Positions 18,335-25,870 of a stretch of DNA of 64,000 nucleotides are shown one piece after another (position 1 is the first letter of the stretch; each line of letters begins with the position of its first letter). Below the pieces are notes generated by a model, which was not told the DNA's origin, did no database searches, and saw nothing but the letters and a program-made list of their open reading frames with translations. The stretch is from Corynebacterium casei (GTDB lineage: Bacteria; Actinomycetota; Actinomycetes; Mycobacteriales; Mycobacteriaceae): assembly GCA_030535535.1 (NCBI GenBank), contig JAUNRU010000005.1:164-64163 (forward strand). The letters run 5' to 3'. The translations under genes were made by a program, and so were the position numbers.

Positions 18335-20005
18335 CTATGGGTTTCGTGGACCGCGTGGACCGAAATCAAACTCCGCTGTCATCGGGCCAAAGGCCTTCAA
18401 ACCTGCTGGGGCGTCCTCCGGATCGAGGTGGACTTCCAGGAAGGCGCCGGAATCGGAAGATTCAATCTTGCTCAATGCCTCTTCCAGTTCACCTTCGGTT
18501 CGTGCCTGGTAGGAGACCATGTCCGTGTCTGGCACGAAGACCTTGGGCAGCTCGGCATACTGCCAATCGGCAATGTCGTTGTACTTTTCTTCCATACCGA
18601 GGATATAGCGCTCAATGGTGTAGCCCTTGTTGTTGACCAACACGATAATCGGCTTGAGGTCTTCACGCAGGATGGTTGAAAGCTCCTGGGCGGTGAGCTG
18701 GAAAGAGCCATCGCCGATGAACAGCACGTGGCGGCGCTCGCGGTTGGCCAGCATGCTGCCCAAAAGAGCCGGCAAGGTAAAGCCGATTGCGCCCCAGATA
18801 GGGGAGTTGATGTAACGCGCACCGTTCGGCAGGCGCTCCGGGGTGAGACCGATGTGAGAGGTACCAGATTCGGCGATGACGGTGTCATCTTCTTCCAGGA
18901 AGCGGGCAAAGCGTGGCCACATGCGTGCGTGGGTCAACGGTGCTTCAGCTTCAACGTCCCACTCGTCATAGACGAATGGTTCCTTCTTCTTTTTGCGTGA
19001 GGTCTTGGTGCGGGCAATGAGTTCATCGAGAAGCTCAAGCGTATTAATGCCCAGGAAGAACTCACCACCGACGTTGACGTGCTGGTCGCCCAAGTTGATG
19101 ATTGCCTCATCCGGCAAATGGTGCGTAAACGAACCGGAGTTGACCTCAATAAACCGCGGGTTGGTGGTAAAGAGCAGATCAGAGGACTCAACGGTCTTCT
19201 GCACGCCCGGCGCGGAAGCCTTGCCGTTGTAGGAACCCAGGAAGAGGCCGTCGCGCTCAGAGAGCACACCCTTGCCGGAGGTGAGCTGGGAATAAGGAAT
19301 CTGCAGCTTATCCACCAAGGTGCGGAACTTCTCCGTAAAACCATGGCGGTCAGTGTCCTGGTCAAAGAGGAAGACCGGCTTCTTCGCCTCAGCCAGGCGC
19401 TCCAGCACGCGGGTCACCGCGGCCTCAAGACGCTCCTCATCAGAGCCCGGGAGCTGAGTGCTAAACGGTTCTTCTGGCACCTCAATCTCCAGGTGCGTGA
19501 TGTCTGATGGAATCTGGATGTGCACGGGACGCTTTTCGCGCAGGCAGATGTGCAGCGCACGGTCCATTTCTTCCACAACATTCATTGGAGTCACACGAAT
19601 AGCGGTGCCGGTGAAAGGCACGATGGCTTCGAGCATGTTCTCAAAGTCACCATCTGCCAACGAGTGGTGCAGGTTCCAGCGGTACTCAGTGGAATACAGC
19701 GGTGGGGAACCAGCCAAAGACACCATGGGAACGTGCTCAGCGCGCGCACCGGCGATGCCGTTGAGCGCGGACAGCTCGCCCACGCCGTAAGTGGTCAACA
19801 ATGCGCCAACGCCGTGCTGGCGGCCGTAGCCATCCGCAGCATAAGCCGCGTTGAGCTCATTACATGCGCCAACGAATTCAATATCGTCGGCTTCGTTGAC
19901 CTGCTCGATGAAACTGAGGTTGAAGTCGCCCGGGACACCAATCAGGTGCTTGATCCCCAAATCTTTCAACCGGCTGACAATGAATTCACCCACGGTAGTG
20001 CGCAT
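18335..20005 (-). CDS. ThDP-dependent 2-oxo-acid decarboxylase (indolepyruvate/phenylpyruvate decarboxylase family)
   Basis: GVPGDFN, NELNAAYAADGY, GVGELSA, HHSL, GDGSFQLTAQE...NNKGYTIER; SD GGAGGAG before ATG 20005. Confidence 0.9.
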   Translation of the reverse strand: MRTTVGEFIVSRLKDLGIKHLIGVPGDFNLSFIEQVNEADDIEFVGACNELNAAYAADGYGRQHGVGALLTTYGVGELSALNGIAGARAEHVPMVSLAGSPPLYSTEYRWNLHHSLADGDFENMLEAIVPFTGTAIRVTPMNVVEEMDRALHICLREKRPVHIQIPSDITHLEIEVPEEPFSTQLPGSDEERLEAAVTRVLERLAEAKKPVFLFDQDTDRHGFTEKFRTLVDKLQIPYSQLTSGKGVLSERDGLFLGSYNGKASAPGVQKTVESSDLLFTTNPRFIEVNSGSFTHHLPDEAIINLGDQHVNVGGEFFLGINTLELLDELIARTKTSRKKKKEPFVYDEWDVEAEAPLTHARMWPRFARFLEEDDTVIAESGTSHIGLTPERLPNGARYINSPIWGAIGFTLPALLGSMLANRERRHVLFIGDGSFQLTAQELSTILREDLKPIIVLVNNKGYTIERYILGMEEKYNDIADWQYAELPKVFVPDTDMVSYQARTEGELEEALSKIESSDSGAFLEVHLDPEDAPAGLKAFGPMTAEFDFGPRGPRNP

Positions 20006-20071
20006 TTTCTTCTCCTCCATTTTGGCGCCGATATTCATAAGGTGTGCACTAGGCACGTCACTACCATCTAT

Positions 20072-20087
20072 TGTGCTGCACATCACT
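20072..20087. promoter_or_regulatory. Candidate GlxR site upstream of decarboxylase
   Basis: TGTGC-N6-TCACT (2 mismatches to TGTGA-N6-TCACA). Confidence 0.35.
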
Positions 20088-20119
20088 TTCAATGTCACTA
20101 GACAAAACACGCGACTTTC

Positions 20120-20135
20120 TTCGACATATGTCGAA
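20120..20135. promoter_or_regulatory. Perfect palindrome, candidate operator of the adjacent PucR-family regulator
   Basis: TTCGACATATGTCGAA between divergent decarboxylase and regulator. Confidence 0.5.
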
Positions 20136-20154
20136 ATGTGCAAGAATTAAATTC

Positions 20155-21459
20155 ATGGAACACCCACCATTCGACATCCCACATTCGGAGAACCCGAATG
20201 CCCAACCCACGCCAGCCGCCACACCGGCGGCAGCACAGCTGGGACAAATCCAAACCTTGGTTGATTCCCTGGCCAGCCAATTGCAGCGCTCCGTTCAGGT
20301 AGATACACCCGCCTTTTACGCGTTTTGCTCCAGCCCGCAATACGGCGAGGTGGACAACGCCCGCGTATTCAATGTGTTGCACCGCGAACCCAACCCGGAG
20401 CCAATCCCGTGGTTGGTGGACAATGGCGTGCAAGTCTCCCGCGAACCCGTACGACTTCCCGCGCATGATGAGCTCGACCTTCTGCCGCGCTTGTGCATTC
20501 CGCTGTGGGACGGGGACAGGCTGTGCGGGCACATCTGGGTCATCGACTCGCCACCGCTCACCGCTGCCGACTTGGACATAATCTCTAGCTTTCGCGAGCC
20601 GATTGTCAGCCTCATGGTCGCGCGCGATGAAACCTTTGTGCGCCGCGTCGCCGAAATGCGCGAGATCACGCGCGATGTTGCACTCGGACTGGACGGTTCG
20701 CTCGCACAGGCCGTGGACAACAATCTGCTGCCTCGCCGTGGCACCATCCGCGTACACCAACTGACTATCACCGAGGCACCAACCAACCAGCCCAACGATG
20801 AGGCAGGGGATAGCCACCAGGCAGACATCCGCGACGGTGCCCCGGAGACCCCGGATGTCCCGGATGCCCCGGAGCGTCTCATGCTGGAGCTTTTGCGCTT
20901 TCGTCGCCGTCGCCCGTTTCTGCTCACCGACACCCACGACGGCCTGACCATCATTGAGCGTTCCGACAGCCTTGAGGCGTCGCATATGCTTTTCGATGAA
21001 TTCCAGGCCGCCGCTTTAGCCGTCGGTGCAAGGATTGTTTCACGTGGAACATCGACAATGAGCGAACTCAGCGGCGCCCGGAACACCGCCCGGCGCGCGA
21101 GCTTCATGGCTACCGTGGCGGCACTGCAAGGCATCGAAGTACTGAGTTGGGAAGAGGCCGGCGCCTGGAGGCTGCTTCTTGGATGGGAGCTCACCGAAGC
21201 GACCGTGACGGCACTGTCCCCGGCAGCGAGCGTACTTATCGCCGAGGGTTCGGAGACACTGTGGCAAACCGTGCTGGAGTATTTGGACAATGCCCGCAAT
21301 GTCACCGCCACCGCGGAGCGGCTCTTCATCCACCGCGCTACGTTGCACTACCGCCTGGAGAAATCCCGGGACTTACTGCCCGCCGATGCGCTTGATGATG
21401 GCTGGGAATGCACCTGCCTGCATGCGGCACTTCGTCTCCACGCGGCGCTGAATGGTTAA
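20155..21459 (+). CDS. PucR/CdaR family transcriptional regulator
   Basis: C-terminal YLDNARNVTATAERLFIHRATLHYRLEK HTH; N-terminal GAF-like region. Confidence 0.88.
   Translation: MEHPPFDIPHSENPNAQPTPAATPAAAQLGQIQTLVDSLASQLQRSVQVDTPAFYAFCSSPQYGEVDNARVFNVLHREPNPEPIPWLVDNGVQVSREPVRLPAHDELDLLPRLCIPLWDGDRLCGHIWVIDSPPLTAADLDIISSFREPIVSLMVARDETFVRRVAEMREITRDVALGLDGSLAQAVDNNLLPRRGTIRVHQLTITEAPTNQPNDEAGDSHQADIRDGAPETPDVPDAPERLMLELLRFRRRRPFLLTDTHDGLTIIERSDSLEASHMLFDEFQAAALAVGARIVSRGTSTMSELSGARNTARRASFMATVAALQGIEVLSWEEAGAWRLLLGWELTEATVTALSPAASVLIAEGSETLWQTVLEYLDNARNVTATAERLFIHRATLHYRLEKSRDLLPADALDDGWECTCLHAALRLHAALNG
21036..21051. other. parS site (inside PucR gene)
   Basis: TGTTTCACGTGGAACA, matches TGTTNCACGTGAAACA on the reverse strand. 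Confidence 0.8.
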
Positions 21460-21493
21460 TTAATTGCCACTGAATGGCTAGGGCATAGAAAAA

Positions 21494-21548
21494 TCCAGCC
21501 TCCTCCTCGCTCGTCCTTGGCAGTGAGGAGAGTGAGGGAGAGACTGGA
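21494..21548. terminator. Probable bidirectional terminator between convergent PucR and ABC genes
   Basis: Imperfect long inverted repeat TCCAGCCTCCTCCTCGCTC...GAGTGAGGGAGAGACTGGA. Confidence 0.5.
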
Positions 21549-21574
21549 AGTCTTGTGGCTTTGCTAGGCGGTGC

Positions 21575-22363
21575 CTACTGCAGCAGTGTGCGGTCGGAGG
21601 TGGCGCCCTTGATCTTGGCGAACTCATCCATCAGATCTTTGACGGTCAGGTTCTTCTTTTCTGCCTCGGAGGCTTCGTAGATGATCTGTCCGTCGTGCAT
21701 CATGATGAGGCGGTTGCCCACCTGGATGGCTTGCGCCATGTTGTGAGTAACCATCAGCGTGGTCAGCTTGCCATTGGCAACAATGCGTTCGGTCAAGGTC
21801 GTGACCAGCTCAGCGCGCTGCGGGTCGAGAGCAGCGGTGTGCTCATCCAGCAACATCACATCCGGGTTGGTAAACCCAGCCATGAGAAGGCTCAGCGCCT
21901 GGCGCTGACCGCCAGACAGCAAACCAACCTTGGCACCCATGCGGTCTTCTAGCCCAAGTTCCAGGGTAGTCAGTTGCTCACGGAAGAAGGCACGGCGCTT
22001 GGAGTTTAGCCCCAAGGAAAGTCCGCGGCCCTTGCCACGCAAGTATGCGAGCGAGAGGTTCTCTTCAATCGTGAGATTCGGTGCAGTTCCCGCCATCGGA
22101 TCCTGAAATACTCGACCAACAGACTTAGCGCGCTTGTGCTCAGGGTGGCGGGTGACGTTCTTGTTCTCAATAGAGATAGTGCCGGAATCTGGAATCAAAC
22201 GACCCGATACAGAGTTCAGCAGCGTGGACTTGCCGGCGCCGTTGGAACCAATCACGGTAACGAAGTCACCGGGGGCGAGGTCCAAGGAGACATCGACAAG
22301 CGCCTTGCGCTCATTGGCGGTGCCGGCGAAGAAGGTCTTGGAAATCTTATCAATCTTAAGCAT
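21575..22363 (-). CDS. ABC transporter ATP-binding protein
   Basis: GSNGAGKS, FQDP, LSGGQRQ, LLDEHTAALDP, VTH; start moved to ATG 22363. Confidence 0.92.
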   Translation of the reverse strand: MLKIDKISKTFFAGTANERKALVDVSLDLAPGDFVTVIGSNGAGKSTLLNSVSGRLIPDSGTISIENKNVTRHPEHKRAKSVGRVFQDPMAGTAPNLTIEENLSLAYLRGKGRGLSLGLNSKRRAFFREQLTTLELGLEDRMGAKVGLLSGGQRQALSLLMAGFTNPDVMLLDEHTAALDPQRAELVTTLTERIVANGKLTTLMVTHNMAQAIQVGNRLIMMHDGQIIYEASEAEKKNLTVKDLMDEFAKIKGATSDRTLLQ

Positions 22364-23231
22364 TGGCAACCTTCCTTCCAGCCACCTTCGGCGTTCGGCC
22401 CGTAAGCTTCGGCAGCAACAGCGCCGCAATAACCAGCACGGCCGTAATGAGTTTCATGTCGTTCGGGTTCAGACCAACAGTCAACGCCACGTAAATAATG
22501 AGGCGGTAGAGTACTGAACCCAGCGCCACGGAACCAACAACCAGCCACAGGCGACGCTGCGGGATAACTGCCTGGCCGACGATAACGGAAGCCAGACCAA
22601 CTAGGATGAGACCAACGCCCATGGAGATATCCGCGAAGCCTTGGAACTGTGCAATCAATGCGCCACACAGGCCAACCAGGCCGTTGGACAGCGCCAAGGT
22701 CAGAGTCTTGGTGAAGTCGGTGGAGACACCGAAGGAGGTAATCATCTGCTGATTATCACCGGTTGCGCGCAGCGCCAGGCCCAAGTCGGTGGACAGGAAC
22801 CAGACGATGAGCATGACCAGCGCGGCAGCGCCGACAACCAACATGCCGACACCGAACCAGGTGCCCATGATGTTATCCAGCGGAGTAAACACCGTGTCTT
22901 GGCTCAGCAGCGGAATATTCGCGCCGCCCATAATCCGCAGGTTGATTGACCACAGGCCGATCATGGTCAAAATACCGGCGAGCAGGCCGTCGATCTTGCC
23001 CTTGGTGTGCAACAGGCCGGTGATAATACCGGCGATGAAGCCCGCGATGAAGCCAACACCGGTAGCGATAATCGGATTAACACCGTTGGTGATAAGTACG
23101 CCGGCGGCAGCGGCACCGGTGGTGAAACTGCCGTCAACGGTTAGGTCAGGGAAATCTAGAACTCGGAAGGTGAGATAGACGCCTACCGCCATCACGGCAT
23201 AAAGGAGTCCGAGCTCAACTGCACCGATCAT
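22356..23231 (-). CDS. ABC transporter permease (TrpY-like, putative Trp/Tyr importer)
   Basis: FRVLDFPDLTVDGSF, LLAGIL...SINLRIMG, GLALRATGDN; multiple TMs. Confidence 0.88.
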   Translation of the reverse strand: MIGAVELGLLYAVMAVGVYLTFRVLDFPDLTVDGSFTTGAAAAGVLITNGVNPIIATGVGFIAGFIAGIITGLLHTKGKIDGLLAGILTMIGLWSINLRIMGGANIPLLSQDTVFTPLDNIMGTWFGVGMLVVGAAALVMLIVWFLSTDLGLALRATGDNQQMITSFGVSTDFTKTLTLALSNGLVGLCGALIAQFQGFADISMGVGLILVGLASVIVGQAVIPQRRLWLVVGSVALGSVLYRLIIYVALTVGLNPNDMKLITAVLVIAALLLPKLTGRTPKVAGRKVANA

Positions 23232-24250
23232 ACGGTCTCAGCTTCTTCCAAAATTGCCTCTGGGATCTCAATGCCCTGAGCCTCAGCTGCCTCTGGGTTA
23301 ACCACGTAGGTAAATTCCTTCGCGGTCTCTACTGGGGTGGACGCTGGATCTTCGCCGTCCTGCAGGATGCGCAGAGCCATCTCACCGGTCTGGCGGCCCA
23401 GCTGCTCGTAATCAATACCCAGGGTTGCTGCCGCGCCACCTTCAACGGTGCCGGCCTCAGCGCCGATGACTGGGATCTGCTTGTCATTCGCCACGTTGAT
23501 CAAAGAAGCAATGCCGGAGACAACCATGTTGTCAGTTGGGACGTAGATGGCATCAACATCACCCAGCGCCTGCACTGCCTGCGGGATTTCAGTCACAGAG
23601 GTCACCGTCTGGGACTTCACTTCCATGTCGGATTCACCAGCAACGGTGGTCAGTTCATCAACCTGCACCTGGGAGTTGACCTCACCAGAGGCGTAGACAA
23701 CGCCGATGGTCTGTGCATCTGGGACCAGTTCCTTGAGCAGATCCACCTGATCGCCGATTGGTGCGATGTCGGAGGTACCGGTGACGTTGGCACCCGGTGC
23801 ATCATTGGATTCCACCAAGTCAGCTGCTTCTGGGTCGGTCACTGCGGTGAACAGCAGGGGAGCGTCCTTGATGGACTGCGCCATGGCCTGCGCCGCTGGG
23901 GTCGCGATAGCCAGGTAGAGATCGTGGTCGGCGTTCGCCATCTGCTGAGCGATGGTAACGGCAGTGGACTGCTCGCCGTTGGCGTTTTGCTCATCCCACT
24001 CAACTTCGACGCCAGCGTCTTCAAACGCCGCCTTGAAACCTGCCGCGCTGGCATCCAGTGCCGGGTGCTGCACAAGCTGGTTGATGCCGATGGAGTAGCT
24101 TTCCGCAGCAGCGTCGTCACCGCCAGTGCTGTCGCCAGCAGCATCATCGCTGCTTTCCGATGAGCAGCCGACCATCACCAGTGCGGTCGCGGACAATGCT
24201 GCGATGACCGAAGTCATGCGTGAGGGCTTGGAGATTCGATTAATTCTCAT
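23228..24250 (-). CDS. ABC substrate-binding lipoprotein (TrpX-like, putative aromatic amino acid binding)
   Basis: Lipobox MVGC; QLVQHPALD, IATPAAQ, FTAVTDP, NVTGTSD, PTDN motifs; ATG 24250 with SD AAGGA. Confidence 0.85.
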   Translation of the reverse strand: MRINRISKPSRMTSVIAALSATALVMVGCSSESSDDAAGDSTGGDDAAAESYSIGINQLVQHPALDASAAGFKAAFEDAGVEVEWDEQNANGEQSTAVTIAQQMANADHDLYLAIATPAAQAMAQSIKDAPLLFTAVTDPEAADLVESNDAPGANVTGTSDIAPIGDQVDLLKELVPDAQTIGVVYASGEVNSQVQVDELTTVAGESDMEVKSQTVTSVTEIPQAVQALGDVDAIYVPTDNMVVSGIASLINVANDKQIPVIGAEAGTVEGGAAATLGIDYEQLGRQTGEMALRILQDGEDPASTPVETAKEFTYVVNPEAAEAQGIEIPEAILEEAETV

Positions 24251-24318
24251 GTTGAGAGCTTCCTTATGTGTCGAAGGGAGTTCACAGGAAACGCCGGCCG
24301 CCAATAGACGCGCCACAT
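24247..24318 (-). CDS. Putative leader peptide (uORF) MWRVYWRPAFPVNSLRHIRKLST of the ABC importer
   Basis: 23 codons with W2, Y5, W6, F10; own AAGGA box; TGA overlaps the SBP ATG (ATGA); alternative in-frame ATG at 24357. Confidence 0.4.
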   Translation of the reverse strand: MWRVYWRPAFPVNSLRHIRKLST

Positions 24319-24674
24319 CGCTTCCTTATGCAAAACCAGTAAGGTAGTTCTAAACATAGCGGTTAAGCAGGGGTTTCAATACCTCTTCTGCAAACTAGTT
24401 CCACCCGATTCCCTACCCACACTCGAATCTTGCGTAATGCAAGTCACATAACATGCAGCTCATAGCTATGTCACTCTTTTATTCACATCCCGCTTTAACT
24501 GTCCTAACGGTCGGTAAGTGCTTTTAAACTTAACCCCACCTGGGGGTATCAAAGATGCGCACTGGATTCTCACACCTCGTTCTCCAGCACCTTTTGCCCT
24601 ATAAAACTTCTTCCTATTACCGTGGTAGGAAAATAACCAACAGCCGGCCACACGGCTACACACGAGGGGGAAGT

Positions 24675-25391
24675 TTGAAACAAGACACCATAAGCTATGC
24701 CGGTTTTGCACCGCGACCAACCGGAGCCCACCTCGCGTGGGCTTTTGCAATGTTTGCGGCAGGAATGCTCGCGGCGGTCGGGTGTGGATTCGCAGCTGGA
24801 TTCTTAGCCAAAAGCGCTGGTGGCCCAGTCGGGGATTTCGTCACCCTCGGGGCATTCTTAGGCTTTGTCCTGTCTGGCGGTGGAGTTCTCTATTTCGGGT
24901 TAGTACGTCGCTACGGTTGGGGCTGGCAAGAATTTGGATTCACCCGACCTACCCGTTCACTGTGGCACTTAACCTGGTGGATCCCCGCGACAATTGCAGT
25001 TGGCGGCATTGGAGCCATGCTCATCGGCACATCGCTGGGCCTAAGCCCAAGCGGTGGAAGCTCCGATTCGGACGGCTTCCACCTCAACATCGTTGCGAGC
25101 ATCCTGATTTTTGTCATCACGGTAATCCTTGCGCCCCTTTTCGAAGAGATTGTCTTCCGACGCGTACTCATGGACTGGCTTGATTCCCGATTTTCTACTT
25201 GGATTGCAGCGACAGTAACGACGGTAGCGTTCGCTGCCGCCCACATCTCACCAGCCATCATGCTCTACATAATATTTTTGGGTACTTCTTTGATTCTTGC
25301 GCGCTTATGGTTCGGTAGCTTGTGGGGATCATTCCTTGTCCATGCCGCAAATAATGGGCTCATTACCGCAATAGCCCTGTTGGCTCTCTAA
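24675..25391 (+). CDS. CPBP family intramembrane metalloprotease (CAAX/Abi)
   Basis: APLFEEIVFR, FAAAH, HAANN motifs; TTG start after GAGGGG chosen. Confidence 0.85.
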   Translation: MKQDTISYAGFAPRPTGAHLAWAFAMFAAGMLAAVGCGFAAGFLAKSAGGPVGDFVTLGAFLGFVLSGGGVLYFGLVRRYGWGWQEFGFTRPTRSLWHLTWWIPATIAVGGIGAMLIGTSLGLSPSGGSSDSDGFHLNIVASILIFVITVILAPLFEEIVFRRVLMDWLDSRFSTWIAATVTTVAFAAAHISPAIMLYIIFLGTSLILARLWFGSLWGSFLVHAANNGLITAIALLAL

Positions 25392-25430
25392 TCGCAGCCC
25401 AACACCCACTCCAAAAGGGACATAACACTC

Positions 25431-25498
25431 AACATAGTACTTAACATAGTACTTTTCCTAAGAAGTACTATGTTAAGTACGGAGTTAAGTACTATGCT
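25431..25498. repeat. 12-bp AGTACT-core repeat array (2 direct + 3 inverted units)
   Basis: AACATAGTACTT x2, 8-nt spacer, then AAGTACTATGTT, AAGTACGGAGTT, AAGTACTATGCT. Confidence 0.75.
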
Positions 25499-25645
25499 TG
25501 CATACGTGCACTACAACGGCATTTTCATGCCTTCACTGCCATGGGGAGGAAGCGGTACTGAGCTCAGTACTTAGTACTCCACTGAGCACTTCGGGGGTAT
25601 GGAGAATTAAATTTCGGGATCTGTATCCCATTTTTTAAGCTGTGG

Positions 25646-25661
25646 TGCTACAGTGTCTTTC
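25646..25661 (+). promoter_or_regulatory. trp promoter, extended -10, leaderless
   Basis: TGCTACAGT with 7 nt to the leader-peptide ATG. Confidence 0.6.
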
Positions 25662-25706
25662 ATGAAGAACTTGAGCACCGTTAATCTTTGGTGGTGGCGC
25701 GCGTAA
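25662..25706 (+). CDS. trpL: trp operon leader peptide MKNLSTVNLWWWRA
   Basis: 14-aa ORF with three tandem TGG codons upstream of trpE. Confidence 0.92.
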   Translation: MKNLSTVNLWWWRA

Positions 25707-25709
25707 CTC

Positions 25710-25784
25710 GCGGGCCTACTTAAGCTTCCTTCTTTAAAGCTTCCCTAAAACCAGGCTCGCAGTGTGCGGGCCTTTCGTTGTCTT
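25710..25784 (+). terminator. trp attenuator (antiterminator/terminator)
   Basis: Terminator AGGCTCGCA-GTG-TGCGGGCCT + TTCGTTGTCTT (25753-25784); a second GCGGGCCT at 25710-25717 can pair with the 5' arm as antiterminator. Confidence 0.85.
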
Positions 25785-25870
25785 AAGGGACATAACCGGT
25801 ATAGACCCGCGGACTGCGAGGTTAAAATTTTTAATCTCTAAACCAACACAGTCGCGAAAGACAGATAGCT

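Noticed and set aside
20842-20877. 9-bp tandem repeat (PETPDVPDAPE) in the PucR gene as a phase-variation tract
   Set aside because: In-frame and degenerate; more simply a flexible linker.
25431-25498. Possible CRISPR array
   Set aside because: Units are 12 bp, abutting, partly inverted, with no unique spacers and no cas genes.
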